Shown: one piece after another, positions 49,097-59,560 of the stretch
How the letters are laid out: the number at the start of each line of letters is the position of its first letter
Numbering within the stretch: the stretch's first letter is position 1
Source of the DNA: Methanomassiliicoccaceae archaeon
GTDB lineage: Archaea; Thermoplasmatota; Thermoplasmata; Methanomassiliicoccales; Methanomassiliicoccaceae
NCBI GenBank assembly: GCA_040776945.1
Contig: JAXGZN010000002.1
Location: forward strand, 832,001-896,000
DNA: 64,000 nt
Direction of reading: 5' to 3'
The notes under the pieces: model-generated
What the model was told of the DNA's origin: nothing
Seen by the model: only the letters and a program-made list of their open reading frames with translations
Database searches by the model: none
Position numbers and translations under genes: made by a program

Positions 49097-50374
49097 CTAT
49101 CGAGGTCGTACCGGCCGCGGCGCCGATGCCGGCCTGGAAGAGGGTTTCCGACCTCCTGGTCGTCCATCCGTCGGACCGCTCCTAGGTCTCTCGGGCCCCC
49201 TGCCGCCGGCCGTTCTTGGCCTTGCCGGAGGCCTGGGGACCTCTGGCTCCGGACGGCGTACCACCTCCAGGTCAAGGGGCTCTATGGGCTTGCCCGTCCT
49301 GCGCTCGATCTCCTTCATCATCCCGCGCTCATTGTCCAGGAAGAAGGAGATAGATGTGCCTTCCGCGCCGGCCCGCCCGGTCCGTCCAATGCGGTGAACG
49401 TAGGTATCGGGGTCCATCGGAGCGTCGTAATTGATCACGAGGTCTACGGCTTCGATGTCCAGACCCCGGGCCGCGACATCGGTGGCCACGAGCACGCTGA
49501 TGCTTCCGTCCCTGAAGCTCTTGATGACCCGCTCCCGCTTGTTCTGGGCCACGTCGCCATGGATCGCATCGGCCCTGTAGTCCCGGGCCTTCAGCTTTTT
49601 AGTGAGCTGATCGACCCTCCGCTTGGTGTGGCAGAACACGATGGTCTTGACCCCTCTCTGGTCCAGGATGGTGCACAGCGCGTCTCGCTTGGTATCCCGG
49701 TCGGTGATGAAGCTGAACTGCCTGGTCAGGTCCAGCACCGGTTCGTCCTTGGAGACCAGTATCTCTTGGGGATCGTTCATCTGCTGCATCGCCAGGTGCT
49801 TGATTTCCGCCGACATGGTGGCGCTGAAGAGAAGGGTCTGCCTGTTCTTCGGCACCTTTGACAGTATGAAGTTGAGGTCCCGGGCAAATCCCATGTCGAG
49901 CATGCGGTCGGCCTCATCCAGCACCACGATCGATATCCTAGATAGGTTCAGGTCCCGGCGCTCGATGAGGTCCCTGGTGCGACCAGGGGTCGCCACCACT
50001 ATGTCCGTTCCCTTCCTGAGCTTGGCCGCCTGCGGTTCGATGCCCACGCCTCCGTAGATCGGGATGCTGGAATGTCCGGTGTGCCGGGAGAGCTTGACAA
50101 GCTCCTCGGAGACCTGGCTTGCCAGCTCCCTCGTGGGAACAAGGACCAGGGCGGAAGGCGTCCTGCTCATCGGCTTGATCCGCTCCAGCAGTATCGATCC
50201 ATAGGCGCCGGTCTTTCCTGTCCCGGTCTGGGCCTGGGCGAACATGTCGCCGCCTCGGAGGCCTACGGGAACCGCGGCCGTCTGGATGGGCGTGGGCTCG
50301 GTCCATCCCATATCGTTCATTGCCCTAACAATCTCGCTGGAGATGCGGAGGTCTGTGAATGTTGTCACTGTCAT
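49097..50374 (-). CDS. DEAD-box RNA helicase (CshA/DeaD-like)
   Basis: AQTGTGKT, PTRELA, DEAD, SAT, ARGLD, HRIGRTGR. Confidence 0.95.
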   Translation of the reverse strand: MTVTTFTDLRISSEIVRAMNDMGWTEPTPIQTAAVPVGLRGGDMFAQAQTGTGKTGAYGSILLERIKPMSRTPSALVLVPTRELASQVSEELVKLSRHTGHSSIPIYGGVGIEPQAAKLRKGTDIVVATPGRTRDLIERRDLNLSRISIVVLDEADRMLDMGFARDLNFILSKVPKNRQTLLFSATMSAEIKHLAMQQMNDPQEILVSKDEPVLDLTRQFSFITDRDTKRDALCTILDQRGVKTIVFCHTKRRVDQLTKKLKARDYRADAIHGDVAQNKRERVIKSFRDGSISVLVATDVAARGLDIEAVDLVINYDAPMDPDTYVHRIGRTGRAGAEGTSISFFLDNERGMMKEIERRTGKPIEPLDLEVVRRPEPEVPRPPARPRTAGGRGPERPRSGPTDGRPGGRKPSSRPASAPRPVRPR

Positions 50375-50548
50375 CACCGTGTGTTGAAAAGAAAAACGAG
50401 CTGCCATCAGGCACACGAGTTTGATTTCGACCGATGCTCGCATTGAAAGTATTTTAAGGTTTCCAAGGTCCGGTCATGAGGCGGCATTGGTCGGGCTGGC
50501 GCCAAGACGGGCATGTGCGTCAGGTCGGATGGAAGGGCCATAGCTTGG

Positions 50549-50959
50549 TCAACATGTAGAATGGAGTATGGCCACGTATCGGCGCGTCTCGGCATTCGCC
50601 AGCTCTATGGCCCTGGGGGTCGGAACTATCTTGACCTCGTAGCTGGCCAGTACCTGCTTGGCCCTTGGAGTGATCGGCATCATGCTCTTGAAGCCCGCGC
50701 CGATGATTATTACCTCCGGCCTCTCTGCCTCGAGGAATTCCAGCTCCCACTCCGCCAGAGGTATGTGGAAATAGTCGGTGGCATAGACCTGGTTCAATCT
50801 GGTCCTCTTCTCGGGCGGAGATCCATGGTACCTATCGGTGACGCTTCCATCAGCGTGGATGATAATGTCATGCCCGTACTTCAGGCCGTTTACCGTCAAT
50901 GAGCCGAAAAAACCATCGATCCGGGGGCGAGCGCTTTCTGCCACGGCAGATACCAACAT
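50549..50959 (-). CDS. Mth938-like domain protein
   Basis: PEVIIIGAG, TPRAI, C-terminal ILHSTC. Confidence 0.8.
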   Translation of the reverse strand: MLVSAVAESARPRIDGFFGSLTVNGLKYGHDIIIHADGSVTDRYHGSPPEKRTRLNQVYATDYFHIPLAEWELEFLEAERPEVIIIGAGFKSMMPITPRAKQVLASYEVKIVPTPRAIELANAETRRYVAILHSTC

Positions 50960-51117
50960 TGGTCTGCGTATAAAACATTGCTCCACTGGCGACCAAAGGA
51001 TGGCGAACGGCCTGCCAGGCCGTCCCCTGCGATGCATCCGGCATTTTCTCCATGGTTCAGGCGAAGCCGATATATGCTAGGGTGCTCCTACTGAGGCAAA
51101 AGGAGGGTCAAATCACC

Positions 51118-51765
51118 ATGGCCGATACGAACACAGGCATACCGCTGTTGGGGGACAAGTTTCCGGAGATGAACGTTCAAACAACCCACGGGACGATGTC
51201 CTTGCCCGGCGATCTGGCAGGGAAGTGGTTCGTGCTGTTCTCTCACCCGGGCGACTTCACTCCGGTCTGCACCACCGAGTTCTATGCTTTCGCCAAGAAG
51301 AACGAGGAGTTCAAGAAGCTGAACACCGAGCTCATCGGGCTTTCCATCGATCAGGTTCAATCCCACATAAAATGGGTGGAGTGGATCAACGACAACCTTC
51401 ACGTAAAGATCCCGTTCCCGGTCATCGCCGACGGGGTGGGAGTGGTCGCCATGAAGCTTGGGATGCTCCATCCTGGTAAGGGCTCCAACACCGTTCGCTC
51501 CGTGTTCATCGTCGATGACAAGGGGTTCGTCCGGCTGATGATCTACTATCCCCAGGAGATCGGCCGGAGCGTGGACGAGGTGCTCAGGGCGCTGAAGGCT
51601 CTGCAGATATCTGACAAGCACAACGTGGCCCTGCCCGAGAACTGGCCCCAGAACGAGCTGCTGAAAGACAGGGCGATCCTCAAGCCTGCCGCCGACGAGA
51701 AGACCGCCGAGGAGCGCAAGAAGCTCGACTGCTACGATTGGTGGTTCTGTCACAAGAAGCTCTGA
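51118..51765 (+). CDS. peroxiredoxin (archaeal Prx6/AhpC type)
   Basis: [29 protein letters not shown]. Confidence 0.95.
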   Translation: MADTNTGIPLLGDKFPEMNVQTTHGTMSLPGDLAGKWFVLFSHPGDFTPVCTTEFYAFAKKNEEFKKLNTELIGLSIDQVQSHIKWVEWINDNLHVKIPFPVIADGVGVVAMKLGMLHPGKGSNTVRSVFIVDDKGFVRLMIYYPQEIGRSVDEVLRALKALQISDKHNVALPENWPQNELLKDRAILKPAADEKTAEERKKLDCYDWWFCHKKL

Positions 51766-52239
51766 GATCGATGCCGATCTCTAATCGAGGCCTCCTGGCC
51801 TCTCTTTCCTTTTCTTCATCTACAGTGTTCAAATGGTCCTGATGTTCCTCGAAGAGCGCTGCGAGAACACGATGGGGCCGATGTACCGTCCCTGCCAACA
51901 GACCGCCCGGACGCTCTCTCTGAAGAACTGCATTGAAGGTCAGGCGGCGAAGAGGTCCGTGGTCGCTCAACGTTCATCGAACCTGCACTAGGCCGATCCT
52001 GCCGAGCGACGGTCCGTCTGATTTGTTATCAGAGCGGATCACATATCGGCAAGGGCCGTTCTGGCACATCTTCATATATAGTCACGACCGCATATTATGG
52101 CTCATAGAGGACGACGCATGATGGGGGCTAAAACGCCCAAGTTTGAACGGGCGAAGAGAGCTTTGCGTAATGATCTCACTGGCTTTATCATCACCGACCG
52201 GCCGACAAGGGACCGGAAGGACCTTGATGCGGATAGGCG

Positions 52240-53154
52240 GTGACCATGTTCAGCGCCGATGAGCTGGGCCTATTGGCCTATCTGAACGATAATGCTCTGA
52301 TATCCACGAACCGTAACTTGCAGATGCACTCGCCTGACACCGTGGCAAGTGCTATCGACCGATACCTCCGCGGAGGCGGTGCGGGAGACCGCCTTGAGGA
52401 GGACCGTCTTTTGGCACGCCTTGGTGATATGCATATCGGAAAAGATATCCTCGCCCGTACCACAAAGAGGGTCCGTGAACACCTGGAAAGAGGATCACGG
52501 ATCGTTACCTACTGGGACACCTCGTATCCTCGCAACCTTCGTTTCTTCCCCGACCCGCCCCTGATGATGTTCGTAGAAGGCGGCTCGTTCCCTGGAAGGG
52601 ACCATACTGCAGTCGTCGGGACCGTTCATCCATCCAGGGCCGGAAGCGACCTTGCATATGAGTATGGAGCTCGCATGGCCCGAAAGGGACGTACTGTGGT
52701 CAGCGGGTTGGCGAGAGGCATCGACGCCCAGGTACTGGAAGGGTCTCTAGGCTCGAACGGGGCGCCGATAGCGGTGCTGGGAGCGCCCCTAACCGACGAC
52801 CTCTCCGAGGAGCTGAAAGGGCTCAGGTCCGAGATCGCTCGGAACGGCGCGTTGGTCAGCGAGGTGACCGAGGAGGCGTGCCTTCACCCAGGACGCCTGA
52901 TGCAGCGGAATAGGACCATCTTGGGAATGGCCAGGAGCGTGGTGGTCATCGAGTCGACGGCCGTCGGTTCGATCCCCAGGATGGTCGATCTCATGCTCCG
53001 GCAAGGCCGCAGAGCATACATCGTTCATCAGTCGAAGTTCGAAAATCCTGACCATGATGCGGGGTTCAGAAGGCTGAGGAACATGGGCGCTATCCCCGTC
53101 TCTTGTCCAGAGGACGTGTTCGCCCAGGAAGGGCGGCAGGACAGATTGTTCTGA
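52240..53154 (+). CDS. DprA/Smf-like DNA-processing protein
   Basis: YPRNL..PDPP, VVSGLARGID, GALVSE, RNR.I, VVIES. Confidence 0.82.
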   Translation: MTMFSADELGLLAYLNDNALISTNRNLQMHSPDTVASAIDRYLRGGGAGDRLEEDRLLARLGDMHIGKDILARTTKRVREHLERGSRIVTYWDTSYPRNLRFFPDPPLMMFVEGGSFPGRDHTAVVGTVHPSRAGSDLAYEYGARMARKGRTVVSGLARGIDAQVLEGSLGSNGAPIAVLGAPLTDDLSEELKGLRSEIARNGALVSEVTEEACLHPGRLMQRNRTILGMARSVVVIESTAVGSIPRMVDLMLRQGRRAYIVHQSKFENPDHDAGFRRLRNMGAIPVSCPEDVFAQEGRQDRLF

Positions 53155-53187
53155 ACGCCGTGAATAGGATGCGGCGGCCGCCCGGCC

Positions 53188-53352
53188 TCAGCTCGATGGG
53201 GGTTTGGGGGTCCAGTGGTCGAAAATGCCGCCGCGTCGAGTGCAGTCCTCACACTCCTTGGCGTCCTCCCACTCCGTCTTTCCGTGCTCATAAAAATGCT
53301 TGCAGTTAGGGCATATCCGTTCCATTGAGATGTCTGAGGCCTGTTCGTTCAT
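53188..53352 (-). CDS. small CxxC..CxxC protein
   Basis: CPNC ... CEDC; GGAGG-like site upstream. Confidence 0.5.
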   Translation of the reverse strand: MNEQASDISMERICPNCKHFYEHGKTEWEDAKECEDCTRRGGIFDHWTPKPPSS

Positions 53353-53521
53353 CGGACCACCTTCCTCCAATGTCACTGTCCTCCTTAATGACTTGCGTTG
53401 TTAAAGGCTCGGCGAACGGTCCAAGAGACCCCGCCGGTCTGACCGAAACAACTCTGAGCGGCACGCCATAGGGTCGCCTGGCAGGCCGCCGGCATTCGAG
53501 GTGATGGCTCTAAGACAGCGT

Positions 53522-54454
53522 TCAATCTTCCGGCCACCGGCCTCCGTCATCTTCCGATCTCGCTTCCCGGGTGACGACATTGCGGCATCTAGTCTGGTCC
53601 TCTATGCGAATGCTTGGGACTATATCGGGGATGGCGGCCTTAAGGTCCTCCTCGATCTTGGTGACGATCCTCTGCCCTTCTGACACGGTGACGTTGCCCT
53701 CGAGGCAAAGATGCACCTCCATGAATATGCTCTTGCCCGACCTCCTCGTCTTAAGATCGTGATACTCCAGATAGCCCTCGCCCCTCTCGAGGATGTCGAT
53801 GATCGTCTTCTCCTCCTCATGAGCGGAGGAGTCCATCAGATCGTGGGACGTTCTTCGGAGAACCTCGATACCCATCCTTATAAGGAGCGCGGCCACCACG
53901 AGCGCTATCAGCGGGTCCAGGATGTAGAGGCCGGTGACGCTGGCGACGAAGAGGCCGGCCACGACCCCCACTGATGATATGACGTCAGAGAACAGATGCT
54001 TGGCATCCCCTTCCAGGGCCATCGAGCGTTCAGATCTAGCCACATTCATCATGATCGCGGCGAGGATGCCGTTGATCGACGTTGCCGCCAGCGATATCAT
54101 CATTCCGAGGTCCACGTTCTCCAGCTCGATGGGTTCGAGCAATCGGCCGGCGGTCGCCTGGATTATCAGAATGGCCGCGATGATGATAAGGATGCCTTCT
54201 ATGAGGGCGGATATGTTCTCGGCCTTTTGATGCCCGTACCTGTGCTCGACATCCTCCGGCCGGGACGAGATGATGAGAGCCGTGAACATCATCACCGAGG
54301 CGACGATGTTGATGATCGACTCCATTGCATCGGAGAGAAGGGCCACGGAGCCGGATTCCATGAAGGCCAGCACCTTCAGTAGGAAGACGATGGTCCCTAC
54401 GGCGATGGCCAAGACCGCTAGCCTGCTCTTATCCACATGCTTACATGGCAACAA
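53522..54454 (-). CDS. cation diffusion facilitator (FieF-like)
   Basis: SVALLSDAMES, PEDVEHRYGHQKAE, HLFSD, HDLKTR. Confidence 0.93.
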   Translation of the reverse strand: MLPCKHVDKSRLAVLAIAVGTIVFLLKVLAFMESGSVALLSDAMESIINIVASVMMFTALIISSRPEDVEHRYGHQKAENISALIEGILIIIAAILIIQATAGRLLEPIELENVDLGMMISLAATSINGILAAIMMNVARSERSMALEGDAKHLFSDVISSVGVVAGLFVASVTGLYILDPLIALVVAALLIRMGIEVLRRTSHDLMDSSAHEEEKTIIDILERGEGYLEYHDLKTRRSGKSIFMEVHLCLEGNVTVSEGQRIVTKIEEDLKAAIPDIVPSIRIEDQTRCRNVVTREARSEDDGGRWPED

Positions 54455-54562
54455 CGGATATTGGTTTTGTCATCCGTTGGCAGGAGGCGACGCCGCATGG
54501 ACGTGGGGCCTCTTGCGGGACCGGTCCTGTCTCACGAGGGCCGATGATGGCCGTCTACATTC

Positions 54563-54832
54563 TTGCTCAGTTTTAATTTCGCAGAGAGCGTTGATGATGC
54601 TGTGAACGAGCCGCACAACTGGTTCAGAACTTCGGCCAAGCGAGCCCCCACCGATCTGGAAGCGTTCAATACAGGTCTCCTCGATAAAGGTAAGGTGGCC
54701 GAGTACACCTGCGTGATACTTGATAGAAGCTGCAGGTACGAGCCCAAGACCGGAGCTGGCGATTGCAGAAGATGCAATTTTGCGCTGGTCCACCTCATGG
54801 AGAACCCCGGGCAGTGGAGGGAGAGAGCGTAA
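54563..54832 (+). CDS. small Cys-rich hypothetical protein
   Basis: C..C..CRRC cluster; fills the intergenic space; start uncertain. Confidence 0.45.
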   Translation: MLSFNFAESVDDAVNEPHNWFRTSAKRAPTDLEAFNTGLLDKGKVAEYTCVILDRSCRYEPKTGAGDCRRCNFALVHLMENPGQWRERA

Positions 54833-54871
54833 TAGAAATGAGCTGGCTCTTGGCGTTCCGCTCTGGCCTCA

Positions 54872-56881
54872 TTAGGAGGCGCCCATCTCTCTCCTGTGGC
54901 GTAGCTTGATCTCGGCCGGGAGCAGATCGAAGAAAGCCCCGAAGCGGTCGTAGGAGGCGAAGTTCGCGACATCGGTACCGCTGTCCACTTGGGAGACCAT
55001 CACCCGACCGTTCAGCTTCTTGCGGACCATCCAGGCCTGTCCGCCGAGGACGAAGATGTTGTCGATCGGCAGAGCGATGTTTCCGATAGGTTGTCCGGAA
55101 TCGGCTTCCACGACCTCTATGCTCTCCGACCCGGGTATGTTGGAGTGCACCTTGGGGCCGAATTCTCTCGCCCTCTTCCCTATGGACCAGCGGCCGTTAT
55201 TGTCCTGCTCGATCCATCCTCCGTCGTGAAGGTGCTCCCATACGGCCCTCACTTCTTCGGCCGGCATGAGGCCGCAAAACAGCCCCTGGACCTCACTGGC
55301 CTTCGCTCCTGCCGGTCCGGACAGGCTGGAGAGTACCTGTTGGACCACCACGGAAGGGTCAAAGGACCGTTCCTCGCTGGCATATTTGGAGCGGGCGATG
55401 GCCTCGAACACCTTTTCGTAGTAAGCGGCCTCCCCCGCGGACCTTGCCACTGCGACCGTGTTGATCCTCTCCTCACGACGGTTCGCACGTCCGATCCTCT
55501 GTGCAATGGACGCTACCGAACGCGGGCGATTGGCCAGTATGACCATGTCTATATCGCCTATGTCCACTCCGACCTCCAAGGTGGAGGTGCATGCACACAC
55601 GACCTTGGCCTCCGAGCGTAGCGCCCTTTCGGCCTCCGCACGCTTGGGCACCTGCAGCTTTCCATGGTGGACCTTGAGCACGCTGGGCGGGAACCACTGC
55701 CTCAGCTCGCCATTGGCCAGCGTCTCCGCCTCCTCAGGCGTGTTGCAGAAGACAAGGCACTTTTTCAGCTCTTTCTCCCTGAACGCCCTTGCGGCCTTCT
55801 CAAGACTGGGTACGATCTGATAGTCTATGTCCCTGCCACCAGGCGAGCTCACTATGATGGGCGATGACATGTACCGCAATGCCAACCCCATTGGGTCGCT
55901 CACCGTCGCCGATGCCCCATATATCGATACCGGGTTGTTGGAGAGGGCCTCAATGCGCCTGAGAAGTATCCTGAGCTGGTCTCCGCGATATGATCCGTCG
56001 ACCATATGGAGCTCGTCGAGCACTATCGCTCGAACGTCCTTCAACAGTGCAGGCATGCGCGACACCATCGAGTCCAGGCTCTCAGGGGTGGTCACCAACA
56101 CGTCCTGGGGGTTCGTGCGGTCGAGTTCCTTTATGTCCCCGCTGCGTAACGCCGCCTTGATGCCCAGAGGCGTAAGCATGCTCTCCAGTCGGCCCCTTAT
56201 GTCCGAGGCCAGGGCCCTGGTCGGAGATATGTAGATTATCGATGTTCCCTGCCATCCCTCCATTATCAGGCGCTGGGTCAGGGGAGCGAATACCGCCTCG
56301 GTCTTTCCGCCCGCGGTGGATGAGATTATGAGGGCATTGCTTCCCCCGAGGACCACTGGAACGGCAAGGCGCTGGACCTCTCTGAGGTTATCGAACCGGC
56401 CATAGAACGGGCCCCATACCAGAGGGAGCATCTTTTTTATCAGGGCATCGGCCTGAGCGTCGGCAACCTCTTCCTTAGTTACCTCCACTGAGCGCTTCAC
56501 CTCGATCGGCGGAGACGGGGCGGTGATCTCGCGTTTAGGCGCTGGCCTTGGAGCTTCCTGATGGACCTTCGATCTGGACCGTTGGGCCATGCTTTCGTGA
56601 TAGTGTGCTTTCTGCTCGATCCCCCTCTTGCGGTATATCCTGCCGAGCTGGACGTGCGACTCGTAGTGGGTTGGATGAGCCCGCAAAGCGCTCTCATACT
56701 TCTTAACCGCGTCATCCGTCCGTCCGATGACCTCGGAGTGGAAGCCCATTCGGAAGAGCGCGTCGGCCTTGTTCCTTTGATATGCGTCCTTGTCGTATCC
56801 CATCTTAGACGCTCTCCCTACAAAATCTGGGTACTTAAATGGGGAGGGGGAGGTGGCCGAATATCCGCCGGTCGCGTCCAT
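54872..56881 (-). CDS. Lhr-like SF2 DEAH helicase with N-terminal TPR
   Basis: STAGGKTEA, PTRALA, TTPES, DELH, SAT, HHG, TSTLEVGVD, QRIGRA; TPR-like helices in the first ~100 aa. Confidence 0.88.
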   Translation of the reverse strand: MDATGGYSATSPSPFKYPDFVGRASKMGYDKDAYQRNKADALFRMGFHSEVIGRTDDAVKKYESALRAHPTHYESHVQLGRIYRKRGIEQKAHYHESMAQRSRSKVHQEAPRPAPKREITAPSPPIEVKRSVEVTKEEVADAQADALIKKMLPLVWGPFYGRFDNLREVQRLAVPVVLGGSNALIISSTAGGKTEAVFAPLTQRLIMEGWQGTSIIYISPTRALASDIRGRLESMLTPLGIKAALRSGDIKELDRTNPQDVLVTTPESLDSMVSRMPALLKDVRAIVLDELHMVDGSYRGDQLRILLRRIEALSNNPVSIYGASATVSDPMGLALRYMSSPIIVSSPGGRDIDYQIVPSLEKAARAFREKELKKCLVFCNTPEEAETLANGELRQWFPPSVLKVHHGKLQVPKRAEAERALRSEAKVVCACTSTLEVGVDIGDIDMVILANRPRSVASIAQRIGRANRREERINTVAVARSAGEAAYYEKVFEAIARSKYASEERSFDPSVVVQQVLSSLSGPAGAKASEVQGLFCGLMPAEEVRAVWEHLHDGGWIEQDNNGRWSIGKRAREFGPKVHSNIPGSESIEVVEADSGQPIGNIALPIDNIFVLGGQAWMVRKKLNGRVMVSQVDSGTDVANFASYDRFGAFFDLLPAEIKLRHRREMGAS

Positions 56882-56920
56882 GCGCTCTTCGGATGATATG
56901 CGGCAGCTTCCGGTTTGGTA

Positions 56921-57058
56921 GCGACAGGTGAGACCTGGAGGAGGAACCAGTGCGCCTGAGCAACTTAGGCAGAATCTTGGATGGCGGTCCTCACCTGTCG
57001 CCGTTACTTATTGGGGCAGGATCCAACGCTTCGAGTTGGATGATACCTCCAACTAAGC
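56921..57058. other. structured intergenic element (nested inverted repeats)
   Basis: GCGACAGGTGAG (56921-56932) is the perfect reverse complement of CTCACCTGTCGC (56990-57001), enclosing two small hairpins; another hairpin at 57034-57054. Confidence 0.6.
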
Positions 57059-57198
57059 ATGGGGCAGTGTGTATTTAAGCATTCTGTTCTTTAAGGACCG
57101 CTCATCCTAGCTGGGCTCGATGCCTCTTCATCGGCCTGTTCCGTGGGCATTATCATCGATATTCAATCGTGAGGCCCGGGCCGTAATGGTTAATAGTC

Positions 57199-57663
57199 AT
57201 GACGGGGTCGAAGGCGTGGATGGTCAAAGCTAGGCAGTGCCCTGAATGCGACGCCTTGGTCATGTTGAACAAGAGGTACTGCCCGGAGTGCCACGCCACG
57301 GTGAATCCGCGCGCACCGGAGGACCCTGTCGTCCAGATCAAGGAAGCATCGGCCTTCGGTACCGTGCTCTTGCTCAGCCTCGCATCCATGGCCCTGTTCT
57401 TCAGCTTCGCTTTCTTGCTCCCGGCCGTTCTCTCCGAACCGGGTTTCATATTGGTCTCCGCTGTGCTCTTCTGCATTGGGATCGCACTGGTCGCTGGCGC
57501 CTGGGCCGTCAAGATCAAGGCCAAGAGGCGGATTGCCGCACTGATGAAAGCTATGCACGTTATGTGTGAGTACTGCGGAAGCGTCAATGATCGTGATCGA
57601 CATCGGTGCGCCTCTTGCGGTGCCCCCCTGGCAGAACCGCCCGTCAACGCTGTTCTGAAATGA
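57199..57663 (+). CDS. membrane protein with flanking double zinc ribbons
   Basis: CPEC..CPEC, two transmembrane helices, CEYC..CASC. Confidence 0.75.
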   Translation: MTGSKAWMVKARQCPECDALVMLNKRYCPECHATVNPRAPEDPVVQIKEASAFGTVLLLSLASMALFFSFAFLLPAVLSEPGFILVSAVLFCIGIALVAGAWAVKIKAKRRIAALMKAMHVMCEYCGSVNDRDRHRCASCGAPLAEPPVNAVLK

Positions 57664-57910
57664 TGGCCTTCCAACGGCCATATGGGGCCGGTCCATCCCT
57701 GGTGGCGCCAGAGGCCCCGAGTCCGCGAGGATGCGGCCCATTTGATGTTCAGGGCCGCAACGCCCTTCTTTTCGCTTGTCGACGGGTAAAAGGAACTTGG
57801 TAATCGCCCAGCTTACACGGCCCACTATGGGTCCATGGCCCCTGGACCCGGCATGGGGGGAAAAGGCAGTTCTCGAACGCGAAAGCAGGTGGGGACCAAG
57901 GTTATTTGAG

Positions 57911-57931
57911 TATCAGTAATCATTATCATTC
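57911..57931 (+). promoter_or_regulatory. Fur-box-like site upstream of the Fur-family gene
   Basis: TATCAGTAATCATTATCATTC resembles GATAATGATAATCATTATC. Confidence 0.45.
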
Positions 57932-57932
57932 G

Positions 57933-58325
57933 ATGTCCTCGAACATCAAGAGGTGGACGAAGCAGCTCAAGACCATCGTGGACATTGTCTACCTGAGCAA
58001 CGTTCATCTTACTGCCGACGAGATATATTTCGAGGCCAGGAAGAGCTTGCCGAACATTAGCCTGGGCACGGTTTATAGGAACCTGAACAAACTGAAGTCC
58101 CAGGGCATGATCTCAGAGGTGCCTAAGGGACAACTGAGCACCTTCGCTAAGCATCCCGATACGAACGCCCATTTCGAGTGCATCGTCTGCCACCGCCTTT
58201 ACTGCATACCTTATGACATGAGCCTGTACGACCTGTCCCGCAAGTGCGGGTTCCAGGTCCACCGATGCTCTCTCAGTATGAGCGGGATCTGCAAGGAGTG
58301 TGAGGAGAATGGCGCTGAGATGTGA
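57933..58325 (+). CDS. Fur/PerR family transcriptional regulator
   Basis: HLTADEIY, ISLGTVYRNL, HFECIVC, GICKEC. Confidence 0.92.
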   Translation: MSSNIKRWTKQLKTIVDIVYLSNVHLTADEIYFEARKSLPNISLGTVYRNLNKLKSQGMISEVPKGQLSTFAKHPDTNAHFECIVCHRLYCIPYDMSLYDLSRKCGFQVHRCSLSMSGICKECEENGAEM

Positions 58326-58503
58326 GCGAGGAAGTCTTTTTTTTGTTAAGGATAGTATTATTAGTAATATTTATCATTATCACATCAGTTGGATTATACA
58401 TCCAATTAATTCCAACGCAGATATCGGAGGAGAGAGAGGAACTATCGAGGGAGGAAAGTGAGATGTCTTACAAAGGACCAATGGACGGATGCGGAGGCAT
58501 GGT

Positions 58504-59199
58504 ATGCACATAATGGAAGGTTTCCTTCCGGTCGAATGGGCGTTGTTTTGGTTCGCCCTTTCGATACCGGTGGTGATATGGGGGTTCGTTAGGATACGGA
58601 AACTGTTCGCGGAGCAGCCGGAGATGAAGATGTCAGTGGCCCTGGCCGGCGCCTTCATCTTCGTTCTCTCATCACTTAAGCTGCCGTCGGTTACCGGGTC
58701 CTCGTCCCATCCAACAGGGACCGGCGCTTCCACCATCCTGCATGGGGTCGCGATCACTTCTGTCCTGGCCACGATCGTTCTGATCTTCCAGGCGCTGCTC
58801 TTGGCCCATGGCGGGATAACCACGCTGGGGGCCAACATCTTCTCCATGGGGATCGCCGGACCTTTGATCGGATGGATGGCATACAAGGGCATGAACAAGG
58901 TCAGGATGGGGCTGGTCCCCACTGTGTTCGTGACCGCGTTCCTGGCGAACCTGGCAACGTACATCGTTACCGCGCTACAGCTTGCTTTGGCCTACCCCAC
59001 CGACGGGAACGCCATGACCTCGTTCATCACCTTCTTCGGCATCTTCGCCGTCACTCAGATACCTTTGGCGGTCGTCGAGGGCGTGCTGTTCGTGATGTTC
59101 TTCGATTACTTGGCAAGGGCCCGGCCGGACCTTCTCAAGGGCAAGTTGATTATCAAGGATAGGGCCGCTGAGGTCGCAGGCGCGGCAGTGGAGGGATGA
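58504..59199 (+). CDS. cbiM: cobalt ECF transporter S component
   Basis: [10 protein letters not shown]-terminus, [19 protein letters not shown]. Confidence 0.95.
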   Translation: MHIMEGFLPVEWALFWFALSIPVVIWGFVRIRKLFAEQPEMKMSVALAGAFIFVLSSLKLPSVTGSSSHPTGTGASTILHGVAITSVLATIVLIFQALLLAHGGITTLGANIFSMGIAGPLIGWMAYKGMNKVRMGLVPTVFVTAFLANLATYIVTALQLALAYPTDGNAMTSFITFFGIFAVTQIPLAVVEGVLFVMFFDYLARARPDLLKGKLIIKDRAAEVAGAAVEG

Positions 59200-59543
59200 A
59201 GATGTCACGGAAGGCCTGGTATACGGTCGGCTTCGGGCTCATTATCGCGATCTGCGTGGCCGCGTTCATGCTGCAGCCTGGGGCCGAGTTCGGCGGAGCC
59301 GATGGCCAGGGAGAGGAGGAGATCGGGAACATCAACCCTGACTACCAGCCTTGGTTCGAGAGCCTGTGGACCCCTCCCGGTGAGACCGAGAGCCTGCTGT
59401 TCGCCCTTCAGGCCGCTATCGGCGCGGTGATAATAGGCTACTTCATCGGCAATGAGCATGGGAAAAGGACCGCCTTGCAGAAGATAGGGGACCCTGTCGA
59501 AGTGCAAGTGGGCCCCGGCAAGGCGGAGGCGGCGGACAAGTGA
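59196..59543 (+). CDS. cbiN: cobalt transport protein
   Basis: [23 protein letters not shown]. Confidence 0.92.
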   Translation: MKMSRKAWYTVGFGLIIAICVAAFMLQPGAEFGGADGQGEEEIGNINPDYQPWFESLWTPPGETESLLFALQAAIGAVIIGYFIGNEHGKRTALQKIGDPVEVQVGPGKAEAADK

Positions 59544-59560
59544 TCGGCCCGGTGCTGTAA

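Noticed and set aside
51770-52110. Possible gene remnant downstream of peroxiredoxin
   Set aside because: No frame gives a recognisable protein.
58330-58503. Cobalamin riboswitch upstream of cbiM
   Set aside because: No B12-box or other conserved riboswitch elements are recognisable.
58322-58513. 63-aa ORF between fur and cbiM
   Set aside because: Its hydrophobicity derives from a T-run and AT-rich promoter DNA; more likely terminator plus promoter.
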